From: Candidatus Nanohalobium sp.
GTDB taxonomy: Archaea > Nanohalarchaeota > Nanosalinia > Nanosalinales > Nanosalinaceae
Reading direction: 5' to 3'
DNA length: 39,296 bases
Assembly (NCBI GenBank): GCA_042217555.1
Contig: JBDGSL010000067.1
Span: 1-39,296, forward strand
Of the stretch, positions 18,407 to 27,294 are shown piece after piece. Made by a program: the position numbers and the translations under genes. Position 1 is the stretch's first letter. Each line of letters opens with the position of its first letter. Below the pieces are notes generated by a model, which saw nothing but the letters and a program-made list of their open reading frames with translations, was not told the origin of the DNA and made no database searches.

Positions 18407-19393
18407 GTGAAACTACTGAACAAGGACAGGGAGGAAGGATTTGCCCAGGTGGAGATAGAGAACGAAGACGACCTCTGGCACCTGAAGGAAATAATCAAGG
18501 AGGGCGACAGGGTTAGGGCGAAGACGCAGAGAACCAAGCTCGACGGCAGAGAGAAGAAGACATGTACTCTCACACTTGAAGTGGAGAAGGTAGAGTATCA
18601 GGAGGACCGGCTGAGGCTGACAGGAGAGATAACGGAGGGTGCAGAGGATATAGAGCTGGGTTACCATACCTTCAACCTGGAACCGGGTAAAAGGTTCAAG
18701 CTTTACAAGGATTTCTCGGATCAGGAGTGGAAGAAACTGGTTGAAGCAGAGCAGAAGAAGTCGTACACCATCCTTTTCTGCCTTGTCCAGAAAGGTGAGG
18801 CTGACTTCTATCTTGTGGAAGAGTCCGGCATACAGGATCTCTCCAAGCTTGACCAGAATATCCCGGGCAAGCTCTATGAGGATCAGGAAAGCGGTGAAAG
18901 CTTCTACAGCCAGGCCGGTTCCTACCTGGAGAGAACGGCGGAAAAAGTCGACAAGATTGTTATTGGAGGGCCGGGTTTCGCAAAGGACAGACTGAAAAAC
19001 ATGCTTGACCAGGAGACACAGAAAAAAGTCTTTGTACAGGATACATCGGTAATCGGCAAGACAGGCTTGAATGAGGCTATTAAGCGAGGGGCGCTGGACA
19101 GAGTGGTGGAGAGCTCCAGGATAGCAGATGAGTCAGCAGCAGTAGAAGAGTTACTGGAAGAGATCAGGGAAGACGGCAAGGCATCTTACGGAGAACCTGT
19201 CAAAGAACTGGCGGAAAGAGGAGCAGTGGAAGAACTGCTTATAACAGAACAGAAGAGAAGAGAAAACAGTGAACTCGTGGAAAAGGTAGAGCAGCAGGGA
19301 GGAGAAGTACAGGTCGTACACACAGACCATGAGGCCGGTGAAAGACTTGAAAACCTGGGAGGTATAGCTGCTCTTCTCAGATACAGGCCCTGA
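18407..19393 (+). CDS. pelA: Pelota/Dom34 ribosome rescue factor
   Basis: Motifs ENEDDLWHL, RLRLTG.I, YHTFNLE, IGGPGFAK and GGIAALLRY. Confidence 0.95.
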   Translation: MKLLNKDREEGFAQVEIENEDDLWHLKEIIKEGDRVRAKTQRTKLDGREKKTCTLTLEVEKVEYQEDRLRLTGEITEGAEDIELGYHTFNLEPGKRFKLYKDFSDQEWKKLVEAEQKKSYTILFCLVQKGEADFYLVEESGIQDLSKLDQNIPGKLYEDQESGESFYSQAGSYLERTAEKVDKIVIGGPGFAKDRLKNMLDQETQKKVFVQDTSVIGKTGLNEAIKRGALDRVVESSRIADESAAVEELLEEIREDGKASYGEPVKELAERGAVEELLITEQKRRENSELVEKVEQQGGEVQVVHTDHEAGERLENLGGIAALLRYRP

Positions 19394-20527
19394 CTACCTC
19401 AGGCTTTCAGGCCTGTTACCCAGTTCAAGCGGAACAGTCACGTTCCTGCCCTTTCTATTGACCGTTATATTAACTTTCTCACCTACTTCCGCATCCCGGG
19501 ACAGGAACTCCTTGATCTCCTTTATACCTTTCATACTTTTACCGTCCATACCCACTATTATATCACCGCCTACAGTGTAGTTCCTGTCCTTAACTTCTAC
19601 TGAACGGTTACCTCCTCTCAAACCAGCCTTATCAGCCGGGCCATCATCTGTCACGTTCATAACAAGGAAGCCACGTGTTATGTTGGCCTTCATCTCACTG
19701 GCTAAATCCTCGTTCATGTCAATGCCTGTGACACCGATCCATGGATGCATAGCCTCCCCCTTGTTTATCATTTCAGGGACTACATCACGTACAGTATTCG
19801 ACGGGACAGCGAAACCTATCCCCGAAAAAGTACCTGTCTGGGTCTCAATAGCGGTGTTAACACCTATAACCTCGCCGTAAATGTTTAGAAGAGGGCCGCC
19901 AGAGTTACCAGGGTTTATAGCTGCATCCGTCTGTATAACATCCCTGATCCTGAAACCTTCCAAACCGATCTCCTGTACCGGAAGACTTCTACCTACCTGG
20001 GAAACATACCCGACAGTCATAGAGTTACCAAGGCCGAAAGGGCCGCCCATCGCAACCGCACGCTGACCCGGACGTACCTCACTGGAGTTAGCCAGTTCCA
20101 AAGGATCAAGGCCGGCTCTGTCAACTTTCAGAACAGCCAGATCCGTGTAAGGATCCTTCCCCAGGATCTCTGCCTCAACAGTTTTCTCATCTGAAAAACG
20201 GACCTGAACCCGGTTAGCATCATCCACCACGTGCTCATTCGTTACTATGTAACCTTTCCTGCTGTAGACGAAACCCGAACCCTGAGAAGCATCATTACCT
20301 ACCGCATTAACAATGACAACAGAATCATCCACCTTCTCATATAAAGGAGCAAGACTTCCTACAGAACCATTCACATACACCAACTCGGTCTGACCCTCCG
20401 ACAAATCATCCCTGATAGAATCAATCTCGCCGTCCAAGTTCTCATACATGAAAAAAGATCCGACAACGCTACCCAGGAAAACAGCAGCCACAACCACCAA
20501 CGAAAAACGCCAGCTCTCAATCCTCAT
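19394..20527 (-). CDS. htrA: HtrA/DegP-like serine protease with PDZ domain
   Basis: Triad motifs TNEHVV, DLAVL and GNSGGPL; PDZ motif GPADKAGL; N-terminal TM helix. Start placed at ATG 20527. Confidence 0.92.
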   Translation of the reverse strand: MRIESWRFSLVVVAAVFLGSVVGSFFMYENLDGEIDSIRDDLSEGQTELVYVNGSVGSLAPLYEKVDDSVVIVNAVGNDASQGSGFVYSRKGYIVTNEHVVDDANRVQVRFSDEKTVEAEILGKDPYTDLAVLKVDRAGLDPLELANSSEVRPGQRAVAMGGPFGLGNSMTVGYVSQVGRSLPVQEIGLEGFRIRDVIQTDAAINPGNSGGPLLNIYGEVIGVNTAIETQTGTFSGIGFAVPSNTVRDVVPEMINKGEAMHPWIGVTGIDMNEDLASEMKANITRGFLVMNVTDDGPADKAGLRGGNRSVEVKDRNYTVGGDIIVGMDGKSMKGIKEIKEFLSRDAEVGEKVNITVNRKGRNVTVPLELGNRPESLR

Positions 20528-20601
20528 ACACACAACTTGTGAACCCGACATTTTTGTATTTAGAAAAACTACTTTAACCCGGCCCCACAAAACCAACACT
20601 G

Positions 20602-20958
20602 ATGAAGAAAAAACTGGAAAAACTCACCCCGATCGGCCGAACCCACCAGGAACTTGAAAAATACCTGGAACAAAACGGAGAAAAAGAAGACTACAGAGAA
20701 AGATACGAAGAAACACTCAGCAAATACCGGAAAACACAAATCATCCGACAGACCACAAAACTCCTTCTGTACGCATCACTCATAACATCTTTCGCAGCAA
20801 CCTTCCAGCTTGACATCAAACTCATAGAAAAAATAGCCTCCTACATCGGCCTGACACTACTCCTAGCAGCATACACCACAGCCAACTATACCAACAAAAT
20901 ATACAGAGAAGAACTACACCTCCACAGAAACATACTCATAAACCAAAAAAACGGGTAA
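20602..20958 (+). CDS. Small hypothetical membrane protein (2 TM)
   Basis: 118-aa ORF with two hydrophobic segments and a TTTAA box upstream. Confidence 0.65.
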   Translation: MKKKLEKLTPIGRTHQELEKYLEQNGEKEDYRERYEETLSKYRKTQIIRQTTKLLLYASLITSFAATFQLDIKLIEKIASYIGLTLLLAAYTTANYTNKIYREELHLHRNILINQKNG

Positions 20959-20970
20959 AAAGCGTGGAAA

Positions 20971-21172
20971 CGCCGGGACTGGGATTTGAACCCAGGAGAG
21001 GCGGGTATGCCTCACCGGTTGTCCTGCATCCGTCGAAGCATTGAAAATCCAAGATTTTCTCGAGCGGTCGCCTTTAGGAGACCGTGCTTCTCAAACCGCC
21101 ATCTCTCGCTGAATGCTCGAGAAGTCGGTGGCCTCAAGACCGGCACAATTAGCCAGACTCTGTCATCCCGGC
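20971..21172 (-). tRNA. tRNA-Ser(UGA) with a 112-nt intron at 37/38 (intron 21021-21132)
   Basis: Acceptor GCCGGGA/TCCCGGC with G discriminator; anticodon stem CCGGT/ACCGG with CT-TGA-G|A; long variable arm GAGGC..GCCTC; T arm CTGGG-TTCAAAT-CCCAG. BHB central helix CUUG/CAGG with 3-nt bulges. Confidence 0.92.
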
Positions 21173-21246
21173 ACTATATTATCTTCTGGAAGCCCAACAT
21201 TTATTGGAGTGATTTCTCAACACAGTTTTCATGAGGAAAAACTGGG

Positions 21247-21495
21247 TTGTTTGTTTTCCTTATTTTTATCCTGTTTTCCGCTTCTCTCCTGGCTTTGAAC
21301 TATTCCGAGAGCTTTAAGTACAGTAAGTTTGAAGTAATCGAAGTCAACGGTTCTAGCATGGAAAGGGTTTATGCATCGTGCACATGCCACGGCCTGTCAT
21401 TGATGGAGATGCACTCGTATCCTCCGCAGTTCAGTTGCACCGGCATAGAGACTTGCAAAACCGTGAACTACACAAGAGAAAGTCCCTTACCCTAG
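21247..21495 (+). CDS. Small exported Cys-containing protein; possibly frameshifted from ATG 21231
   Basis: Hydrophobic N-terminus and CTC.G...C.G.E.C. ATG 21231 is 1 nt out of frame across an A5 run. Confidence 0.5.
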   Translation: MFVFLIFILFSASLLALNYSESFKYSKFEVIEVNGSSMERVYASCTCHGLSLMEMHSYPPQFSCTGIETCKTVNYTRESPLP

Positions 21496-21516
21496 AGAGA
21501 TAAGTAGAGAAAAATT

Positions 21517-21825
21517 TTATTCAATTAGTTCGACTTCAATGTCGACGCCCTCAGGAACGTGTACACGCATGACCTGTCTCAATGCTCTCTCACTTTCCAT
21601 GACGTCTAGAAGTCTTTTGTGGACGTGCATCTCGTATCTTTCAATCGTTGAGCTTCCTTCTCCGTCAGGAGCCTTCCTGGTTGTTATTCCCATGTTCTTG
21701 GTTGGTAGTGGGACCGGCCCTGAGATTTCAGCATCGTACTCTTCACCTATCTCGATGATCTCGTCAGCAAGGCTGTCAACCTTCTCCTGACTCGTACTTC
21801 TAAGCTTTACACGTGCCTTCTGCAT
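21517..21825 (-). CDS. rps10: 30S ribosomal protein uS10
   Basis: Motifs SGPVPLPTK, TTRKAPDGEG and MHVHKRL. Confidence 0.97.
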   Translation of the reverse strand: MQKARVKLRSTSQEKVDSLADEIIEIGEEYDAEISGPVPLPTKNMGITTRKAPDGEGSSTIERYEMHVHKRLLDVMESERALRQVMRVHVPEGVDIEVELIE

Positions 21826-21862
21826 ACTAAACAGTACTGAAGTTAACTATTATAAATGGTGT

Positions 21863-22135
21863 TTAGTCATGGAACTCTTCTAATATCTCTGCGTTTATTT
21901 GGTGTATATAATCTATGATCTGTAGGCAATCTCTGAGAATTGCTATAAATCTGTTTTCAAGAGCTCGTCCAATCACCGGAGATTCCATCCATTCCTCATA
22001 TCTTTCGTCTGGTTCCAAAGTAACTTTCAAGCGAACGCCCGATAATTCTTCTATAAAGGTTAGTTCTTTCAGACGATTGGCCTTTTTGTTGAAAAGTTCT
22101 AGACTTTGTAAATCTTCTTTGGTGGGTTCTGGCAT
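21863..22135 (-). CDS. AT-rich orphan ORF or gene remnant between tuf and rps10
   Basis: 90-aa ORF with protein-like composition and no recognised motif. Confidence 0.5.
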   Translation of the reverse strand: MPEPTKEDLQSLELFNKKANRLKELTFIEELSGVRLKVTLEPDERYEEWMESPVIGRALENRFIAILRDCLQIIDYIHQINAEILEEFHD

Positions 22136-22257
22136 ATTAGAGAAACAGAAGTTGAATGATAAGAAATTATAGAGAAAGAAAAAGAGAAGTCAAGAAAGAG
22201 AAGGAAGTTGAAAACCTTGCGGTTTTCTGCTTCTCAGAAACTCTTGCGAGTTTCGGT

Positions 22258-23541
22258 TTATTCCTTCTCGTTGACTTCGAGGCACTGTCCTGCGCCTACT
22301 GTCTGTCCCATGTCTCTGATGGCGAATCTTGCCATCTGTGGGATGTCGTCGTTTTCTTCGATGACTAGTGGCTGCTGTGGTCTGATTGTGACCTTTGCTG
22401 CTTGACCCTGTTTGATGTAGTCTGGGTCTTCTTCCAGTGTCTCTCCTGTCTTTGGATTCATTGTCTCGTGCAGGTCTTCGAAGGTACAGCTGACCTGTGC
22501 TGTGTTGACGTGGAATACTGGTGTGTATCCTTCACTGATGACGTTTGGATGGTTGAGGACGATGACCTGTGCCTTGAAGCTTTCGACGACTGTTGGCGGG
22601 TTGTCTGCTGGTCCTGCGACGTCTCCTTTCTTGATGTCGTCTTCTCCAACGCCTCTTGTGTTCCATCCGATGTTGTCACCGGGTGAAGCAGATTCTACTT
22701 CTTCGTGGTGCATTTCGATGGTCTTGACTTCTCCGCCGACGGACTTGTTGAGTCTTGTTCCTGCTGGTTCGAAGACTACGTCGTCTCCCTGTGAAAGTTC
22801 TCCTGTCTCTACTCTGCCTACGCTGACAGCTCCGATTCCGGAGATTGTGTATACGTCCTGGACAGGGATTCTTGTTGGAAGGTCGATCGCTTTCTCTGGT
22901 TCTTCGAAATCGTCAAGTGCTTCGACCAGTGTTGGGCCGTCGTACCAGTCCATTTCTTCGGATTCGGAGACGTTCTCTCCTTCGAAGCTTGAGATAGGTA
23001 CGAAGTGGATGTCGCTTGTGTCGTATCCTACCTGCTGGATCATCTCGGAGACTTCGTCCTTGATGTCGTTGAATGAGTCTTCTTCGTAGTCTTCAAGGTC
23101 CATCTTGTTGACTGCTACTGCTAGCTGGTCGATTCCCAGTGTCTTTGCAAGGTATGCGTGTTCCTTGGTCTGCGGCTGGATGCCGTCGTCTGCAGCAACT
23201 ACAAGTACTGCTGCGTCTGCCTGGGAAGCTCCTGTGATCATGTTTTTGATGAAGTCACGGTGTCCCGGTGCGTCGATGATTGTGAAGTGGTAGTTGTCAG
23301 AATCGAACTCCTGGTGAGCCAGGTCGATTGTAACTCCACGCTCTCTTTCTTCTTCGAGACTGTCCATTGCGAATGCGAAGTTGAAGGATTCTTTACCTGC
23401 TTCTTCAGCAGCTTCTTCAAGCTTACGCATCTCTTCTTCTGGAAGGTTTTCAGTATCCCAAAGGATTCTACCGATTGTGGTAGACTTTCCGTGGTCAACG
23501 TGTCCGATAAATACGAGGTTAATGTGTGGTTTGTCTGCCAT
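22258..23541 (-). CDS. tuf: Translation elongation factor EF-1 alpha
   Basis: Motifs [30 protein letters not shown] and [18 protein letters not shown]. Confidence 0.99.
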   Translation of the reverse strand: MADKPHINLVFIGHVDHGKSTTIGRILWDTENLPEEEMRKLEEAAEEAGKESFNFAFAMDSLEEERERGVTIDLAHQEFDSDNYHFTIIDAPGHRDFIKNMITGASQADAAVLVVAADDGIQPQTKEHAYLAKTLGIDQLAVAVNKMDLEDYEEDSFNDIKDEVSEMIQQVGYDTSDIHFVPISSFEGENVSESEEMDWYDGPTLVEALDDFEEPEKAIDLPTRIPVQDVYTISGIGAVSVGRVETGELSQGDDVVFEPAGTRLNKSVGGEVKTIEMHHEEVESASPGDNIGWNTRGVGEDDIKKGDVAGPADNPPTVVESFKAQVIVLNHPNVISEGYTPVFHVNTAQVSCTFEDLHETMNPKTGETLEEDPDYIKQGQAAKVTIRPQQPLVIEENDDIPQMARFAIRDMGQTVGAGQCLEVNEKE

Positions 23542-23751
23542 TATTAGGTTTCACCTATAGCGTATAATAACCGATAACCCGCTAAAACTTTAAAAAGGAG
23601 TGGTGGTTGAAAGAACTCCTTATATAGGACGGGGTTCAGATCGCTGTTCAAGAAACTCTTTCTTCAAGGCATCCGCTTTCTCTTCCATTGATCCGTTAGT
23701 GCTGCTGGCATAAAGGAAACTTTCTTAAGATTTCAATAACAGTTATTGGTT

Positions 23752-23964
23752 ATGGCCGTAAGTGCCGATTTGCCTGAGGAACTTGAACGTTTCGTTAAGG
23801 AAGAGGTTGAGCGCGGTAGATATAACTCCAAGTCTGAGCTTTTGCGTGATGCTCTGCGTCTGAAGATGGTTGAAAGAGAGTTCGGTACAAGAGGTATCGA
23901 GGGCAAGATTGGCGAGAAGTTGGAAGATGTCTTGAGGGATAATGTGTCTAGATCTGAACAGTAA
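23752..23964 (+). CDS. Ribbon-helix-helix protein (ParD/CopG-like antitoxin), orphan
   Basis: VSADLPEELERFVKEEVERGRYNSKSELLRDALR. No toxin gene downstream. Confidence 0.75.
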   Translation: MAVSADLPEELERFVKEEVERGRYNSKSELLRDALRLKMVEREFGTRGIEGKIGEKLEDVLRDNVSRSEQ

Positions 23965-23968
23965 AAAA

Positions 23969-24103
23969 TTATTCTTGGTCTATGTATCTGTTCGCTTCGA
24001 TTGAGACATGTATCATCTCTTCTGCTATCCTTCGGTCTCGCTCTCTTGTGGCTTTGTAGCCTTCTTTCAACCGTTTTTCCAAGTTATCTGATTCTGGGCT
24101 CAA
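23969..24103 (-). CDS. 44-aa antitoxin-like peptide (MazE/EndoAI-type C-terminal helix)
   Basis: Manual translation from TTG 24103: MSPESDNLEKRLKEGYKATRERDRRIAEEMIHVSIEANRYIDQE. GAGGC upstream. Confidence 0.5.
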   Translation of the reverse strand: MSPESDNLEKRLKEGYKATRERDRRIAEEMIHVSIEANRYIDQE

Positions 24104-24119
24104 GTGTGTTGTGCCTCGT

Positions 24120-24511
24120 TTACAGTTGTTCAAGTTCTAGGTTTTCTATTTTTCTGAAGTGTTTGGTGTTTTCTGTGATAAGTGGTTCTTCCTTCTGGAG
24201 GGCGGTTGCTGCTATTATACAGTCTTCTCTTTCTATTCTTTCTCCATTGTTGAGTAGTTTGCCGGATATTTTTCCTGCTTTCTTCATTGTTCTTCTATCT
24301 ATTTCTACTATGTTTTGGGATTCGAGTACTTCTGTCCTCCTGTTTCTCTCTTTTTCAGGCCTCTCTGATACAACAGCTCTTTCGTGTAAAACTCCATTAT
24401 AGTCATAGATGATATTTTCTGTTTTACTCCTCTTTCATCAAGCTCTTTCTTCTCAATGAATCTCTCCTTATTTCTCAAGATACTGACTATGAACGATGTG
24501 TCAAGTATCAC
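24120..24511 (-). pseudogene. vapC: PIN-domain VapC toxin, frameshifted near 24390
   Basis: MILDTSF...TIME in one frame; LHERAV...REDCIIAATAL...LITENTKHF in another. The shift falls at a T4 run. Confidence 0.82.
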
Positions 24512-24743
24512 TCTATATCACGCATTTTCTCTGCAGTCCTGTTTGACCTCTCTTTAGATCTTCTTCCTTCTTTTATCGCCTCTCTCAATCTCTTTATCAT
24601 CTTCCCAGATGCCCGCTAATTCAAGGAGCGAACGATCGTCTGTAACTCTCTTGACTACCTCGCTGAAACTTTCCCCCGTCACGCTTCAGCTTCTTCAATC
24701 TGTTATAGGCTTCATCATCCAAAGAAATGTTTCTAGTCGCCAT
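24508..24743 (-). pseudogene. vapB: VapB antitoxin (DUF217-like), multiply frameshifted
   Basis: MATRNISLDDEAYNRLKKLKRDG / ESFSEVVKR...LAGIWED is broken at a G5 run, with further shifts in the 3' part. The restored end overlaps the vapC start (GTGA). Confidence 0.75.
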
Positions 24744-24866
24744 ACATACACACTGTGTGTTGATTGAAATAAGTTATGGTTGAGTCATATCCGGAATTAT
24801 TGTCAATTAGAAGAGAATGTAGAAAGTAGAGAAAAAGAGAAGAATTTTATGGAACTTGAAAGTTCC

Positions 24867-27050
24867 TTATTCCTCTAGGCTTGGCATTTCCTGTTTCATG
24901 CCTTTTCTTTCCCGGATCTCCATGATCTTTTCTTCCTGTAGGTTCATTGGCATTGGTTCGAAGATCATGTCCTTGGCGGAGAAGAAGCCTTTTCCGTTGG
25001 TTGCTCCTTTGAGTGCGGCTTCGAAGCCGAACATTTCTTCTACCGGTATCTTGCATTTGAGGATTGTGGAGTCTCCTTCTTCTTCCATGTTCATGACATC
25101 TCCTCTGCGGTTGTTGACTTCTGTCATGGCGTCTCCCATGACGTTTGTCGGTACGTCGATCCTTACTATTCTGACCGGTTCGATCATCCTTGGTGTTGAC
25201 TGTAGGAAGGCTCTTGTCATGGCGTCTTTGGTTGCCGGGATCATCTGTGATGGTCCTCTGTGGATTGCGTCTTCGTGCAGGCTTGCGTCGTGTAGTTTGA
25301 CCTTCAATCCGATTACTGGTTCTCCTGCCATTGGGCCTTCGTCACATAGTTCGTGGAAGGCATCGACAAGGTATTCCTCGATTTCACGCAGGTTCTTGAT
25401 TCCTCTGGATGCGTTGATGAAAAGGTTTTCCTCGTAGGCTTCCATGATGTTGTCTGCTTCGTCCTGGTCGAGGCCTGCTTCGACGAGTGCGTCCCGGACT
25501 TCTGTTTCGTCGTCTGCCTGCATCTTCATTTCCTCGTATTCTTCTTTGAGGAACTTTCTGACTTCTTCGTCGATAGGTTCGATTGAGATCTCGATCTGGT
25601 TGTGTCTGTTTGGTGATTTTCCTGTTACCTGTGGGCTCTCCTCCTCTATGCCTTCTCTGAAGACGACGATCGGCTCGGATACATCGATGTCGATTCCTTT
25701 CTCTTCAAGGTGTCTCTCGATCTTTGCCTCGATATGTAGCTCTCCAAGCCCTGAAACCAAGGTCTCTCCCGTATCTTCGTCGATGTCTACCTTGATCGTG
25801 TTATCTTCCTTTGCACGCTTTCTCAGTGTTTCGATAAGTTTTGGAAGGTCGCTTGTACGCTTTGGTTCGATGGATTTTGTAACAACAGGTTCGAATACGT
25901 GTTCGATCTGTTCGAACGGCTGGATCTCTTCCTCTCCTTCGAGGATGAATGTTTCTCCTGTTGAGAAGTCCGGTCCTGTTATCGCCGTGATGTTTCCACA
26001 CGGTACAGAGTCGACTGTCAGCTTTCTCGGCCCGGAGTAAATCCCGACCTGCTGCGCTCTCTCTGTCTTCTGGGATCCTATTCCGTAGAGTTCGTCTCCT
26101 TCGTTAACGGTTCCGGAGAATAATCTGGCTGTGGCGATGGTTCCTGCGTGTTCGTCGTCTTCTACGTTTGTGACAACTCCTACCAGTTTTCCGTCCTGGT
26201 CGTGCTCCATCATGTCCTGTCCGACATCAGAGTCGACGTCTCCAGGCCATACTTTTGGTATTCTCCATTCAGCTGACTCACGTGGGTTGACAAGGTGATC
26301 TACTACCATGTCGAGTACGACTTCTTCGATAGGTGCATCGTCTCTGAGTCCTTCGTGGTCACCTTCGTTTACACGGTCTATCAAATCGCTGAACGTTATA
26401 CCGGTTTCCTGCATGTAAGGCATGGAGATAGCCCAGTTCTTCAGTGCGGATCCGAAAGCAACTGTACCGTCCTGCACGCTCATCTTCCATTCTTCAGCAG
26501 TTTCCTCATCTGCGTATTTTCTCAGCGCAGTGTTTACCTCTCTTATGATTTTTGTAAATCGTTCCTGCATCTCTTCGGGTGTCAGCTGCATCTCTTCAAT
26601 CAAACGGTCGACTTTGTTGATGAACAGCACCGGCTTGACACCTTCATTCAGTGCCTGTTCCATAACAGTCTCTGTCTGAGGCATGACACCGTCAACAGCA
26701 TCGACAAGCACAACCACTCCGTCAACAGCACGCATTGCCCTTGTTACGTCTCCACCGAAGTCGACGTGGCCCGGAGTGTCGATAAGGTTGATCAGGTAGT
26801 CGTCATCGTTGTACTCGTGGACCATCGAGATGTTTGCAGAGTAAATTGTGATTCCTCTTTCTGCTTCCTGCTCGTCGAAGTCCATGAAACGCTGATCTCC
26901 TGCAAGTTTGTCCGAGATCATGCCTGCCCGGGCTAGAAGGTTGTCGGTAAGAGTGGTTTTTCCGTGGTCAATGTGTGCCGCGATAGCGATATTCCTGATG
27001 TGCTCAGGATCGTTAATTACCTCTTTAATTGCGTCAAGCTCGTCTGCCAT
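24867..27050 (-). CDS. fusA: Translation elongation factor EF-2
   Basis: Motifs AHIDHGKTT, DTPGHVDF, NKVD, GLGELH and diphthamide loop HEDAIHRGP. Confidence 0.99.
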   Translation of the reverse strand: MADELDAIKEVINDPEHIRNIAIAAHIDHGKTTLTDNLLARAGMISDKLAGDQRFMDFDEQEAERGITIYSANISMVHEYNDDDYLINLIDTPGHVDFGGDVTRAMRAVDGVVVLVDAVDGVMPQTETVMEQALNEGVKPVLFINKVDRLIEEMQLTPEEMQERFTKIIREVNTALRKYADEETAEEWKMSVQDGTVAFGSALKNWAISMPYMQETGITFSDLIDRVNEGDHEGLRDDAPIEEVVLDMVVDHLVNPRESAEWRIPKVWPGDVDSDVGQDMMEHDQDGKLVGVVTNVEDDEHAGTIATARLFSGTVNEGDELYGIGSQKTERAQQVGIYSGPRKLTVDSVPCGNITAITGPDFSTGETFILEGEEEIQPFEQIEHVFEPVVTKSIEPKRTSDLPKLIETLRKRAKEDNTIKVDIDEDTGETLVSGLGELHIEAKIERHLEEKGIDIDVSEPIVVFREGIEEESPQVTGKSPNRHNQIEISIEPIDEEVRKFLKEEYEEMKMQADDETEVRDALVEAGLDQDEADNIMEAYEENLFINASRGIKNLREIEEYLVDAFHELCDEGPMAGEPVIGLKVKLHDASLHEDAIHRGPSQMIPATKDAMTRAFLQSTPRMIEPVRIVRIDVPTNVMGDAMTEVNNRRGDVMNMEEEGDSTILKCKIPVEEMFGFEAALKGATNGKGFFSAKDMIFEPMPMNLQEEKIMEIRERKGMKQEMPSLEE

Positions 27051-27294
27051 TCGTAAGTCACCGTGTGTGATTTCCTGTATAACCAGAAAATCTGTGATTT
27101 TTGTTCATTTAAAGTTCCACCAAGTTTATAGGTAGAGATGCTTATACAAGCTTTAAAAAAAGAAGTCAGGTTGTGGATACGGGCTAGCTTATTGAGGAGA
27201 ATGCGAGTGTAACGGCTAAAGTGATGAAGAAGATGGGACGGATGGTGCACCCGTACCGGGAGGCTTTGAACAGAAGTGCTGTTGTTTTTTGCAT

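Noticed and set aside
20971..21500. Integrated element at the tRNA-Ser gene
   Set aside because: No duplicated tRNA end (att site) and no integrase were found in the window.
23620..23690. Short minus-strand frame MEEKADALKKEFLEQRSEPRPI upstream of tuf
   Set aside because: It is only 22 aa with no SD or recognisable family; at most a remnant.
27140..27294. C/D box sRNA or small gene between rps7 and fusA (GTGATGA present)
   Set aside because: No CTGA D box at a suitable distance, only a weak hairpin, and short frames with no recognisable product.
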